From assembly GCA_036374135.1 (NCBI GenBank), contig DASUUK010000031.1, forward strand, positions 19,084 to 83,083: a DNA stretch of 64,000 nt, written 5' to 3'. This stretch comes from Euzebyales bacterium. Lineage in GTDB: Bacteria > Actinomycetota > Nitriliruptoria > Euzebyales > JAHELV01. The position numbers and the translations under genes were made by a program. How positions within the stretch are numbered: the stretch's first letter is position 1; the number at the start of each line of letters is the position of its first letter. Below the pieces are notes generated by a model. The model made no database searches. It worked only from the letters and a program-made list of their open reading frames with translations, and was not told the DNA's origin. Positions 52,919-62,787 of this stretch are shown piece after piece.

Positions 52919-54112
52919 TCAGCGGGCGTTGACCGCGTCCGCGTCGGCGGCGTCGATCTCCTCCCGGGTGATGCCCAGCAGGAACAGGATCGCATCAAGA
53001 TACGGCACGTTGACGGTCGTGTCCGCCGCTTCCCGCAGCACGGGCTTGGCATTGAACGCGATGCCGAGGCCGGCCGCGCGGAGCATGTCCAGGTCGTTGG
53101 CGCCGTCACCGACCGCAACCGTCTGGTTGATCGGCACGCCGGTCTGCGCGGCGAGGTCGCGCAGCGCGGCCGCCTTGCCTCTGCGGTCGACGATGTCGCC
53201 GAGAAGGTTGCCCGTCAGCCGGCCGTCGGCGATCTCCAACTCGTTGGCCACAACGTGGTCGAGGCCGAGGTCGTCGCGGATCGGCTCGACGATCTGGGTG
53301 AACCCTCCGCTGACGATGGCGGTCACGAAGCCAAGGCGACGCAGGGTCCGGGCGAGCAGGGGCGCACCCGGTGTGAGGCGCAGTCGGCCGCGAACACGAT
53401 CGAGCACCTCGAGCGGGCAGCCGGCCAACAGCTGCACCCGTTCGCGCAGCGACTCCTCGAAGTCGAGCTCGCCCTCCATGGCCCGCGTGGTGATCTCGCG
53501 CACCTTGTCGGCACAGCCGAGCTCCTCGGCCAGCAGTTCGATCGCCTCGCCCTGCACCAACGTGGAGTCGACGTCGATGACGATCAAGCGCTTCGCGCGG
53601 CGGTACAGGTTCGCCGCCTGCACGGCGACGTCGACGCGCTGGTGGGCGGCCTCGGTCGCCAGCCCGTCGCGCAACGACGGTCCGTCGGCGCCGGACACGG
53701 TGAGCTCGAAGCTGGTGATGGGGTAGCGCGACAGGCGTTCGATCCGGTCGATGTTGGCACCCTGCTCGGCGATGACCGCCGTCAGCGCCGCAACGGCCGA
53801 CGGCCGCAACGGCTGTCCGAGGATCACGACCGAGTGGCGGCCGACCGGGCTGCCGGCGCGTCGCGACGCCATCTGCTCGACCTCGATGTGCACCGCCATC
53901 TCGTCGGCGATGGCGGCGACGTCGCTGCGCAGCAGCGCCTCGTCCCCGGTCAACGACACGAGGATGCCCAGGATCAGTCGGTCATGGATGACCACCTGCT
54001 CCATGTCGATGATCCGCGCGGCGTGCTCCTCGAGCACGGCGCACAGGGTGGCGGTGATGCCCGGATGGTCCCGTCCGGTCACCGTGATCAGCAGAGCACT
54101 CGCGTCAGCCAC
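52919..54112 (-). CDS. serB: phosphoserine phosphatase with two N-terminal ACT domains (SerB2-type)
   Basis: ORF 52919..54112. HAD motifs are present: VIDVDSTL, SGGF, GDGANDL. The N-terminal ACT-like part is LITVTGRDHPGITATL. Confidence 0.9.
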   Translation of the reverse strand: MADASALLITVTGRDHPGITATLCAVLEEHAARIIDMEQVVIHDRLILGILVSLTGDEALLRSDVAAIADEMAVHIEVEQMASRRAGSPVGRHSVVILGQPLRPSAVAALTAVIAEQGANIDRIERLSRYPITSFELTVSGADGPSLRDGLATEAAHQRVDVAVQAANLYRRAKRLIVIDVDSTLVQGEAIELLAEELGCADKVREITTRAMEGELDFEESLRERVQLLAGCPLEVLDRVRGRLRLTPGAPLLARTLRRLGFVTAIVSGGFTQIVEPIRDDLGLDHVVANELEIADGRLTGNLLGDIVDRRGKAAALRDLAAQTGVPINQTVAVGDGANDLDMLRAAGLGIAFNAKPVLREAADTTVNVPYLDAILFLLGITREEIDAADADAVNAR

Positions 54113-54201
54113 GGGACAACCTTAGTCGTCCAGCGTGCGACCCGTACGATCGGCGTCGTTCGACGCGCCGCGAGCGGGTGCTCGGGTAGCGTTGGAGTGC
54201 A

Positions 54202-54714
54202 ATGGACGAGATCCCCAAGCCACGCGAGTTGCTGGCGATACGCGGCGCGACGGAAGACCTGTTCATGCTGCTGCGCCGATGGTTCGCCGTGCCCAACGCG
54301 GTGACGCTCGATCTGCGCGCCGTCGACTCGGCGGTGGCCGAACTCGGGGAGCCGCGGTTGGTGATGGCGATGGCCATGCGCAAGCTGCAGGCGCTGCACC
54401 TGCTGACGACGCCGGGCGTGGTGACGACGACCGATGTGGTCCTGACCGTCATCCAGGACCTCGAGCGCGCGCTGCTGCAGGCACCGGCCATGCACCTGCG
54501 CGACGCGGCGGCGGCGACGGACTGGGACGCGGCGCTGGCCGCGCTCGACGATGATGATGAGCATGACGGTGAGGATGGGGCGGTCAAGGCGAGGACGCCC
54601 GACGGCGGTGGGAACGACGAGATCACCCTGTTCCGCACCCACCACGCGGCGCTGCACGAAGCGGCCCGCGCGGTGCTGCACGTGTCCGACGGACGGATCC
54701 GGCGGCTCGTATGA
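54202..54714 (+). CDS. hypothetical acidic protein (170 aa)
   Basis: ORF 54202..54714. It lies 30 nt upstream of the MarP-like gene on the same strand. I recognise no motif. It has a poly-Asp patch, DDDDEHDGEDG. Confidence 0.5.
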   Translation: MDEIPKPRELLAIRGATEDLFMLLRRWFAVPNAVTLDLRAVDSAVAELGEPRLVMAMAMRKLQALHLLTTPGVVTTTDVVLTVIQDLERALLQAPAMHLRDAAAATDWDAALAALDDDDEHDGEDGAVKARTPDGGGNDEITLFRTHHAALHEAARAVLHVSDGRIRRLV

Positions 54715-54744
54715 GCGGGCTGCGACGGAGTTGACGGTGCGCTG

Positions 54745-55932
54745 ATGTTGAACGGGTTCGACTACCTGCTGCTGATCGTGCTGGTCGCCGTGTGCGTGCG
54801 CGGGGGGCGCCTCGGCGGGCTGTCTCAGGTGGCGTCGTACGGCATCGCGGCCGTCGGCCTGCTCGTGGGCGCGGTGATCGCGCCCGGCGTGGCGGCACTG
54901 CTGGCGGACGGGCCGGGCCCGACCCTGTCGTTGCTCACCCTGACGATCCTGCTGGTGTGCCTGCTCGCGGCGCAGTCGGTCGGCATCGCGATCGGTATCC
55001 GCCTGCGCCGTGCCGCCGCCCGGGCGGGCGCGGGCGGCGTCGACGCAGCCGCGGGGATCGGTGTCGCCGCGCTCAGCCTGGTGCTCGCGGTCTGGCTGCT
55101 GGCCGCACCACTGTCGCGTGGCCCGTTCCAGTCGCTGGCCAACACCCTGCGCGACTCCCGGCTGGTCAACCTCATCTCCGACGCCTTCCCGGCGCCACCG
55201 GATGTGATCGCCCGGGTCGGGACCTACCTCGACCAGCAGGGGTTCCCGGAGGTCTTCAGCGATTTCCAGCCGGACGTGACGGCTCCGCCCGCGCCGACCC
55301 CACGGGGCAGCGTCGTCGCGGCCGCGCAGGCGGCCGCAGAGCGCAGCGTCGTGCAGGTCGAGGCGGCCGGGTGCGACAGCATCTCGTCGGGCAGCGGGTT
55401 CGTGACCCGACCCGGCGTTGTCGTGACCAACGCCCATGTGGTCGCCGGTGGTGAGAGCATCGCGGTCCGCGACCCACGTGGGCGCCGTCCCGCACGGGTC
55501 GTGCTGTTCGATCCCCGCCTGGATCTGGCCGTGCTGTCAGCACCCAGCCTGCGTGCACCCGCGTTGCCATGGGTCGGTGAGGTGCCCGACCGCGGGCTCA
55601 CGGGCGCGACGCTCGGGTTCTCGGGTGGCAGTCACCGGCTGACGGTCAAGCCGGCTGCGGTGCGGCGGCGTGTGCGGGCGCAGGGCCGCGACATCTACGG
55701 GCGCCAGAGCGTCCGCCGAGAGGTGCTCATCCTCGCCGACCCGGTCACGCGCGGCGATTCGGGCGGGCCGTTCGTCACCGCTGACGGCGAGGTCGCGGGC
55801 GTGGTGTTCGCGGCCGCCGTGGACGACCCCAGCACCGGCTACGCGCTGGCGGCCGACTCGATCCGCGACATCGTGGCCGAGGGCGCCGGGCGCACACGCC
55901 CCGTCGACACCGGAGCCTGCCGGTTCGACTGA
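54745..55932 (+). CDS. marP: MarP-type membrane serine protease (CvpA-like 4-TM N-terminus plus trypsin-like domain)
   Basis: ORF 54745..55932. It has TM-rich N-terminal 130 aa. The catalytic blocks are TNAHVVAG, DLAVL and TRGDSGGPFV. Confidence 0.85.
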   Translation: MLNGFDYLLLIVLVAVCVRGGRLGGLSQVASYGIAAVGLLVGAVIAPGVAALLADGPGPTLSLLTLTILLVCLLAAQSVGIAIGIRLRRAAARAGAGGVDAAAGIGVAALSLVLAVWLLAAPLSRGPFQSLANTLRDSRLVNLISDAFPAPPDVIARVGTYLDQQGFPEVFSDFQPDVTAPPAPTPRGSVVAAAQAAAERSVVQVEAAGCDSISSGSGFVTRPGVVVTNAHVVAGGESIAVRDPRGRRPARVVLFDPRLDLAVLSAPSLRAPALPWVGEVPDRGLTGATLGFSGGSHRLTVKPAAVRRRVRAQGRDIYGRQSVRREVLILADPVTRGDSGGPFVTADGEVAGVVFAAAVDDPSTGYALAADSIRDIVAEGAGRTRPVDTGACRFD

Positions 55933-55973
55933 CGCCCGTCGTGGTCGCGGGGGCCGCACCTGGCCGCCCGCCG

Positions 55974-57335
55974 TCAGGCGCCGTCGCGCAGCATCTCGGC
56001 CAGCAGGAACGCGAGCTCGAGCGCCTGCTTGTTGTTCAGACGCGGGTCGCACGCGGTCTCGTACCGGTGCGCCAGATGGGCGTCGGCGATCTCCTGCGCG
56101 CCCCCGAGGCACTCGGTGACGTCCTCGCCGGTCAGCTCGAAGTGCACGCCACCGGGCACCGTGCCCTCCTGCGCGTGCACACCGAAGAACGTCCGCAGCT
56201 CGTCGAGCACGTCGGTGAACCGGCGGGTCTTGTAGCCCGTCCCACTGACGAACGTGTTGCCATGCATGGGGTCGCACGACCACACGACCGACAGGCCGCG
56301 GCGGTGCACGCCCCGGACCAGCGCGGGCAGGCGGTCCGGTGCCGCTGCTGCGCCCATGCGCACGATGAACGTCAGCCTGCCCGGCTCGTTGTCCGGGTTC
56401 AACCGCGCCGCCAGCGCGACCGCCTCGTCGACCGTGGCGGTCGGGCCGAGCTTGACGCCTACCGGGTTGCCCACGCCCGACAGGAAGTGCACGTGGGCGC
56501 CGTCGGGATCGCGCGTGCGCTCGCCGATCCACAGCAGGTGGGCGCTGCAGTCGTACCAGTCGCCGGTCAGGGAGTCCCGCCGGGTCAGTGCCTGCTCGTA
56601 GTTGAGCAGCAGCGACTCGTGGGACGTCCACAGATCAACGGTGTGGAACGTCGGGTCGTTGGTGACATCGACGCCGCAGGCCCGCAGGAACCGCAGCGCG
56701 CGGGTGATCTCGTCGGCGACCGCGGCGTACCGCTGCCCCTGTCGGCTGTTGCGCACGAACTCCTGGTTCCACAGGTGGACCTTCTCGAGGTCCGCGAAGC
56801 CGCCGCGGGTGAACGCGCGGAGCAGGTTCAACGTCGCCGACGACTGGTGGTAGGCGCGGGTGAGGCGATCGGGATCCGGCTCGCGCGCGTCCAACGAGAA
56901 CGCGAGGTCGTTGACGGCGTCGCCGCGGTAGGTCGGCAGCACCTCGTCGCCGCGTTGCTCGGTCGGTGACGACCTGGGCTTGGCGAACTGTCCGGCGATG
57001 CGACCGACCTTCACGACTGGCAGCTGGGCGCCGTACGTCAGCACGACCGCCATCTGCAGCAGGATCTTGAGCTTGTCGCGGATGGCGTCGGCTGAGAAGG
57101 CGGCGAACGTCTCCGCGCAGTCGCCGCCCTGCAGCAGGAACGCGTCGCCGCGGGCGACCTGGGCGAGCTCATCACGCAGGCGGCGCGCCTCTCCCGCGAA
57201 CACGAGCGGCGGTTGGGCATCGAGGCCGACCAGCACGCGTTCGAGATGGTCGAGGTCGGGCCAGTCGGGCTGCTGCGCAGCGTGAAGTCGACGCCAGGAC
57301 GTGGGTGTCCAGGTGTCGTCCAGTCGCATGGTCAT
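55974..57335 (-). CDS. aroG: class II (plant-type) 3-deoxy-7-phosphoheptulonate synthase
   Basis: ORF 55974..57335. It has QQPDWPD, FLLQGGDCAE, LLWIGERTR and the C-terminal LNNKQALELAF, typical of type II DAHP synthases. Confidence 0.9.
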   Translation of the reverse strand: MTMRLDDTWTPTSWRRLHAAQQPDWPDLDHLERVLVGLDAQPPLVFAGEARRLRDELAQVARGDAFLLQGGDCAETFAAFSADAIRDKLKILLQMAVVLTYGAQLPVVKVGRIAGQFAKPRSSPTEQRGDEVLPTYRGDAVNDLAFSLDAREPDPDRLTRAYHQSSATLNLLRAFTRGGFADLEKVHLWNQEFVRNSRQGQRYAAVADEITRALRFLRACGVDVTNDPTFHTVDLWTSHESLLLNYEQALTRRDSLTGDWYDCSAHLLWIGERTRDPDGAHVHFLSGVGNPVGVKLGPTATVDEAVALAARLNPDNEPGRLTFIVRMGAAAAPDRLPALVRGVHRRGLSVVWSCDPMHGNTFVSGTGYKTRRFTDVLDELRTFFGVHAQEGTVPGGVHFELTGEDVTECLGGAQEIADAHLAHRYETACDPRLNNKQALELAFLLAEMLRDGA

Positions 57336-57468
57336 GGTGAGGTTCCACCTGCCGGGCCCGTCAGCTGGTTCGCGCGGGCAAACCTATGGGCTTGTGATCA
57401 GGATTGCATGCCGGGCGCGTCACGGGCTGGCCGCGCCGATCCGTCAGGACCAACATGGGCAACCCGCG

Positions 57469-58347
57469 CTACGGGTGCAGCACCCGCCACGCTCCGGGCC
57501 GCACCCGGTACGTCGCGTCCGCGATGTCGTGGCGGAGCTCGCCATCGCGGCTGTGGTCGATCGCCTCACCACGGATGCGGACGATGTGGCCCCGGTGCCC
57601 GACGACGTCGTCACGCGCGGTGAGCTCGCCCCGCTGCACGTCGCGTGCAAGTGCGGCGCGTGCGGCGATCGCCACGTCGCCGATCACGAGCAGATCCAGC
57701 AGGCCGTCGCGCGGATCGGCCGTCGGGCACAGCAGCGCCTGCCCGCCCAGGCTCGGTCCGTTGGCGACCAGGGTCAACAGCGCCGGTCCTTCGTGCACCA
57801 CGTCGTCGTCGATCTCGACCGTCACCAGCTGACCGGCCGTCGTGGCGCCGGTGAGCAACGCCGCCAGCGGGTACGCAAGTGCGCCCGTGAGCGGCTTGAG
57901 CGGCCGCGCACGCTCGGAGGCGACGGCGCCGATGCCGGCGTGCGCGGCATTGACGACCACCTCACCGTCGTCGGTCACGAGCGCATCCGTCGGCGTGGCA
58001 TGACCCGACGCACAGACCTTGGCGGCCTCGACCGGATCATCGGGCAGTCCCAGCCCGGCCGCGAAGTCGTTGGCGGTGCCCAGCGGCACGATGCCGACGG
58101 TCGTGTCAGTCAGGCGGTCGAGATCGTGGAGCACGTTGACCAGCGTGTGCAGGCTGCCGTCGCCGCCACACACGATGACGGTGTCGCCGTCGAACCGGCG
58201 GAGGACGTCGTGCAGGTCCGTCGGGTCGTCACACGTGCGCCGTGTGACGTCGCGTGCGTCGCGCAGCACGGCTTCGACCGCAGTGATGCGCTCCTCGGTC
58301 GCGGTGCCCGCGTCGCTGTTGGTCAGCAGCAGCGCAGGATGGGTCAT
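57469..58347 (-). CDS. diacylglycerol/lipid kinase family protein
   Basis: This uses the ATG at 58347 within ORF 57469..58614. It has VIVCGGDGSLHTLV and IVPLGTANDFA. Confidence 0.85.
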   Translation of the reverse strand: MTHPALLLTNSDAGTATEERITAVEAVLRDARDVTRRTCDDPTDLHDVLRRFDGDTVIVCGGDGSLHTLVNVLHDLDRLTDTTVGIVPLGTANDFAAGLGLPDDPVEAAKVCASGHATPTDALVTDDGEVVVNAAHAGIGAVASERARPLKPLTGALAYPLAALLTGATTAGQLVTVEIDDDVVHEGPALLTLVANGPSLGGQALLCPTADPRDGLLDLLVIGDVAIAARAALARDVQRGELTARDDVVGHRGHIVRIRGEAIDHSRDGELRHDIADATYRVRPGAWRVLHP

Positions 58348-58357
58348 GAGGTCACCT

Positions 58358-59983
58358 TCACTCCGCGAGGTGCGGGTAGCGCCAGTCGGTCGGCGGCACG
58401 AAGGTCTCCTTGATCGTGCGTGGGCTGACCCACCGTTGGAGGTTGAAGATCGATCCGGCCTTGTCATTGGTGCCCGATCGGCGGGCACCACCGAACGGCT
58501 GCTGGCCGACGACGGATCCCGTCGGCTTGTCGTTGATGTAGAAGTTGCCGGCGGCGTGGCGCAGCGTCTGGCTGGCATCGACCACGGCGGCGCGGTCCTG
58601 AGCGAACACCGCACCAGTCAGAGCATAAGGGCTTGTGCGGTCCACGAGGTGCAGCGTGTCGCTCCAGCGCGCGTCGTCGTAGACGTAGACGGTCAGGATC
58701 GGTCCGAACAGCTCGGTGGCCATCGTCATGGAGGTCGGGTCTTCGGTCACGAGCACCGTCGGGTCCACGAACCAGCCCTCGCTGTCGTCTGTGTTGCCAC
58801 CCACCAACGTCTTCGCACCGTCGTCCACGGCTGCACCGATCGCGTCGGTGTGCTTCTCGAACGCCGCCCGGTCGATGACCGCCCCGCAGAACACGGTCGG
58901 GTCGGCGACATCACCCATGGGGATCGCCGACGCGAGATCGGCGATCCCGTCGCGGACGCCGTCCCACAGGCTCCGGGGGATGTAGGCGCGGCTGGCGGCT
59001 GAGCACTTCTGCCCCTGGTACTCGAACGCGCCGCGGCCGAGTGCCACGATCAGTTCGTCGACCTTCGCCGACGGATGCGCGACCACGAAGTCCTTGCCGC
59101 CGCTCTCGCCGACGATGCGCGGGAAGGCCCGGTACATGTCGAGCCGTTCCGCCGCCTGCTGCCACAGGCCCTGGAGGACCTTCGACGACCCCGTGAAGTG
59201 CAGACCTGCGAACGCCTCGTCGTGCATGGCGACGTCGCTGACGAGACCTCCGTCGCCGTGCACCAGGTTGATGACGCCGGGCGGCAGCCCGGCCTCCATC
59301 AGCACGCGCATCGTCCAGTGGGCCGCGAGCGCCTGCTTCTCCGACGGCTTCCAGACGACGGTGTTGCCCATGATCGCGGGCGCGGTCGGCAGGTTGAGCG
59401 CGATGGCGGTGAAGTTGAAGGGCGTGATCGCCAGCACGAAGCCCTCGAGCGGGCGGTAGTCCATGCGGTTCCACAACCCGTCGGCGTTCAGCGGCTGGTT
59501 CGCCAGCAGCTGGTGGGCGAAGGCGACGTTGAAGCGGAGGAAGTCGATCGCCTCGCACGCCGCATCGATCTCGGCCTGGTGCCACGACTTGGACTGACCG
59601 AGGATGGTGGTGGCGTTGATGCGGTCACGCCACGGTCCCGCCAGCAGGTCCGCCGCGCGCAGGAAGATGGCCGCCCGCTCCTCGAACGATGTCGTCGACC
59701 ACGACGCTGACGCGGCCTTGGCGGCGGCGACGGCGGCCTCGGTATGACGAGTCGTCGCCTGGTGGACGTCGGCGAGGTGCAGATCGGTGCGGTGCGGCGC
59801 GCGGACGGCGAAGGTCTCGTCCGCATGCTCGTCCTCGCCCGCGATGACGTGCGGCGCCTCGACGACCTCGGCCGCGACCGCGCGCAGCTCGGCTGCGAGT
59901 GCGTCACGCTCGGCGGTTCCCGGCGCGTACGACCGCACCGGCTCGTTGATCGGCTCGGGTACGTCAAGGATGCTGCTGGCCAT
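58358..59983 (-). CDS. pruA: L-glutamate gamma-semialdehyde (1-pyrroline-5-carboxylate) dehydrogenase
   Basis: This uses the ATG at 59983 (GGAGGA RBS) within ORF 58358..60532. It has ALDH blocks FTGSS, ESGGKD and YQGQKCSA, plus the C-terminal NDKAGS typical of PruA. Confidence 0.88.
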   Translation of the reverse strand: MASSILDVPEPINEPVRSYAPGTAERDALAAELRAVAAEVVEAPHVIAGEDEHADETFAVRAPHRTDLHLADVHQATTRHTEAAVAAAKAASASWSTTSFEERAAIFLRAADLLAGPWRDRINATTILGQSKSWHQAEIDAACEAIDFLRFNVAFAHQLLANQPLNADGLWNRMDYRPLEGFVLAITPFNFTAIALNLPTAPAIMGNTVVWKPSEKQALAAHWTMRVLMEAGLPPGVINLVHGDGGLVSDVAMHDEAFAGLHFTGSSKVLQGLWQQAAERLDMYRAFPRIVGESGGKDFVVAHPSAKVDELIVALGRGAFEYQGQKCSAASRAYIPRSLWDGVRDGIADLASAIPMGDVADPTVFCGAVIDRAAFEKHTDAIGAAVDDGAKTLVGGNTDDSEGWFVDPTVLVTEDPTSMTMATELFGPILTVYVYDDARWSDTLHLVDRTSPYALTGAVFAQDRAAVVDASQTLRHAAGNFYINDKPTGSVVGQQPFGGARRSGTNDKAGSIFNLQRWVSPRTIKETFVPPTDWRYPHLAE

Positions 59984-60094
59984 CGCACGTCCTCCTGCAG
60001 GCGGCGGTCGGGTGATCGTGCCGGTCCTGATGGGACCGTACCCGTGCCACGTCAGGTTCATCATCGGCGTTCCCGCTGCGGCAAGCTGGGTGAC

Positions 60095-60907
60095 ATGCCG
60101 GAGCTGCCCGAGGTCGAGAGCGTCGCCCGCCAGCTGCGCCCGCGTGTCGTCGGACGACGCATCACCGCCGTCTGGATCGACCGGCAGGCGCGGTTCGCCG
60201 ACGTCGAGTCCGTGGTCGGTGCCACGGTCACCGCACTGCGCCGGCGTGGCAAGTACCTCCTGGCTGATCTCGACGCGTCGGGCAGGCCACCGCGTGAGCT
60301 GGTGATGCACCTCGGCATGACCGGTGCGTTCCGCTTCCGGGGCGACGGGTGGACCCCCGACGCGTACGTCCGCGCGACCTTCACGCTGGACGACGGTGTG
60401 CTGGACTTCCGTGACGTACGCCGGTTCGGCCGTCTGAGCGTCGTGGCCGCGGGCGATCACGCCGGCATCGCGACGCTGGCACGCATGGGTCCTGAGCCGC
60501 TCGGGCCCGACTTCGACCCACGGCGCTTCCACGCCGCACTCGCCGGTTCACGCATGCCGGTCAAGGCCCAGCTGCTGTCGCAGCGTCCGGTCGCCGGCGT
60601 CGGCAACATCTACGCCGACGAGGCGCTGTGGCTCGCACGCGTCAACCCACGCGCGAGACGGGTGGGGCCGGAACGTGCCGCGCGGTTGTGGACCGCGATC
60701 CGTCAGGTCCTGGCGGACGCCATCGAGCGTGAGGGCACGACGTTCCGCGACTACCAGATGGTCAACGGCCAGTCGGGGCGCAACGCGACGTTCCTCGTGG
60801 CGTATGGACAGCAGGGACGTCCCTGCCCACGCTGTGGAACCACATTGCGCAGGATCGAGGTCGCTGGCCGCGGGACGACCTACTGCCCGCGCTGTCAGCG
60901 GGTCTGA
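60095..60907 (+). CDS. mutM: formamidopyrimidine-DNA glycosylase family (Fpg/Nei) protein
   Basis: This uses the ATG at 60095 within ORF 59744..60907. It has the N-terminal MPELPEVE, the H2TH block GVGNIYADEALW, and a C-terminal zinc finger, CPRCG...YCPRCQ. Confidence 0.88.
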   Translation: MPELPEVESVARQLRPRVVGRRITAVWIDRQARFADVESVVGATVTALRRRGKYLLADLDASGRPPRELVMHLGMTGAFRFRGDGWTPDAYVRATFTLDDGVLDFRDVRRFGRLSVVAAGDHAGIATLARMGPEPLGPDFDPRRFHAALAGSRMPVKAQLLSQRPVAGVGNIYADEALWLARVNPRARRVGPERAARLWTAIRQVLADAIEREGTTFRDYQMVNGQSGRNATFLVAYGQQGRPCPRCGTTLRRIEVAGRGTTYCPRCQRV

Positions 60908-60986
60908 CCGCCGACCGGGATCTGCGCGCGCGGGGGGCCACGGCGGGGCGGTGTCGTCTCCGCGCCGCCGCTGTCGCCGGACCCGT

Positions 60987-61661
60987 CTAGACGCCGCCGC
61001 GCTGTCGGACCTCGTCGATCGCGCCGTAGGTCACGGCGTCCTCGGCCGAGAGCCAGAAGTCTCGGTCAGCGTCGCGGCGGATCTCTTCGATGTCCTTGTT
61101 CATCCGCTCGGCGAGGATCTCGTACAGCCGTTCGCGCAGGAACACGATCTGCTTGGCCTGGATCTGGATGTCGACCGCCTGGCCGCGCGCGCCGCCGAGT
61201 GGCTGGTGGAACATGATTCGGGCGTTCGGGGTGGCCGCTCGGATGCCCGTACCGGTCGCCAGGAGGAAGGCCGCCGCCGACGCGGCGATGCCGACGCAGA
61301 TGGTGTTCACCTTCGATCGCATCAGCTGCATCACGTCGTAGACGGCGAACATCCCGCTGACGAGACCGCCCGGCGAGTTGATGTAGAGCGTCACGTCCTT
61401 CTCGGACTCCGCATCGAGCGACATCAGCTGCGCCACGAGTGTGTCGGCGACCGTGTCCTCGATCGGCCCCTTCAGATAGAGGATGCGGTTGTCGTACAGC
61501 TTGCGGAACACGCTGGATCCGGCGAGGAAGTCCAGGTCCGGCCCGCCTTCATGGGCCGAGGGCGCAGGGATCGATCCGGTGTGGATCGCGTCGGGCTGGG
61601 ACACGGCGAACACCTTCGCGAGCGGGGGAGGCAACGACATGCGGGCGGTTCGGCGGGTCAA
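60987..61661 (-). CDS. clpP: ClpP family serine protease subunit (stand-alone copy)
   Basis: ORF 60987..61661. It has LYINSPGG, the Ser block GIAASAAAFLLA, the His block MFHQPLGG and the Asp block RDADRDFWLSA. The N-terminal roughly 30 aa extend beyond a canonical ClpP, so the start is uncertain. Confidence 0.85.
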   Translation of the reverse strand: MTRRTARMSLPPPLAKVFAVSQPDAIHTGSIPAPSAHEGGPDLDFLAGSSVFRKLYDNRILYLKGPIEDTVADTLVAQLMSLDAESEKDVTLYINSPGGLVSGMFAVYDVMQLMRSKVNTICVGIAASAAAFLLATGTGIRAATPNARIMFHQPLGGARGQAVDIQIQAKQIVFLRERLYEILAERMNKDIEEIRRDADRDFWLSAEDAVTYGAIDEVRQRGGV

Positions 61662-61957
61662 TGATCCGTCACACCGGTGACCGCGAGCTACGTGTGAAGC
61701 CTAGCAGTGGGTCGGGAGCGTGGAGCGGGTCTGGGACGACCCCGGTGGGCGGGTACCGCGCGGAGTCCGACGTAGAGGATGGGCGCGAGACCTGCGGCAT
61801 GATGTGTGCGCTGAGCGCGCATCTGCGCCACGTAGCGCACGGTTCTTGCTCGCTCTGTGTGATGATTCCAGCGCAAGCCGGTGGCTGGCGCCGATCGGAG
61901 TACGCGCGACGACCTGTTGGAGCGGCTACGTCGGTGAACGAGAGCGGGTGTGGCCCC

Positions 61958-62698
61958 ATGGCGAACGTGCAGGCTGGTGGATCGCGGACCCTGGGTCGCG
62001 GGCTGGAGGTGCTCAAGGCGCTGAGCCAGGCGCCTGAGGGCGCGACCGTCGCTGCGCTGTCGGCGCGGACGGGACTGGACCGTGCGGTGCTGTACCGGCT
62101 GCTCGACACGCTGACCGCCGAAGGCTTCGCCGTCCGGGACTCCGACACCCGCAGGTTCCACCTCGGCGTCTCGGTCATCGAGCTGGGCATCCGTGCGACG
62201 CGTCAACTCGATGTGCGCCGCTACGCGCTCCCGGGCATGCGTTCGCTGATGGAGCAGGCGCACGAGGCCGTCTGCCTGGCCGTACGTGACCGTCGGGACG
62301 TCGTCGTCGTCGATCGGGTCGAGCCACGCGGCCTGAGCACCCGCGTGAACTATCCGGTCGGCACGCGTCACGCGCTGGTCGCCGGTGCACACGGTCGTGC
62401 ACTGCTGTTCCAGTTCGAGCCGGAGTTGCGGCGCGACCTGGGTGCCTCACCGGAACTGTCGGCCGATCTCGAGACGAGCCGCACGCGGGGGTACGCGCTG
62501 TCGCTGGACGAGATCGACCGCGGCGTCGTCGGCGTCGCCGCACCGATCGTCGGCCGCCGCGGTAGGCCGGTCGCGAGCGTCGGGATCGTCGCACCCTCGG
62601 TGCGCCTGCGGGATCCTGCCACGCTCGGCCCCAGGGTGCGGGCGCTGGCACGCGAGGTCTCGCGCCGCCTCGTGCACCCGCCCGCGCCGGTCGGCTGA
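61958..62698 (+). CDS. IclR family transcriptional regulator
   Basis: This uses the ATG at 61958 within ORF 61439..62698. It has LGRGLEVLKAL.....ATVAALSARTGLDRAVLYRLLDTL and a C-terminal GVVGVAAPI effector-domain block. Confidence 0.85.
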   Translation: MANVQAGGSRTLGRGLEVLKALSQAPEGATVAALSARTGLDRAVLYRLLDTLTAEGFAVRDSDTRRFHLGVSVIELGIRATRQLDVRRYALPGMRSLMEQAHEAVCLAVRDRRDVVVVDRVEPRGLSTRVNYPVGTRHALVAGAHGRALLFQFEPELRRDLGASPELSADLETSRTRGYALSLDEIDRGVVGVAAPIVGRRGRPVASVGIVAPSVRLRDPATLGPRVRALAREVSRRLVHPPAPVG

Positions 62699-62787
62699 CG
62701 CTTCGGCGGCCACGTCCGGCGCGCAGTGGTGCATGACGTCGGACGACGAGGTCACCGGACTTTTCGGGCGACGCGGATACCGCGTCG

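Noticed and set aside
61662-61957. ClgR-type operator upstream of clpP.
   Set aside because: As I recall it, the actinobacterial ClgR box is CGC-n5-GCG within a longer palindrome. The candidates here are CGCtgaGCG (n3) and CGCatctGCG (n4), so the spacing does not fit.
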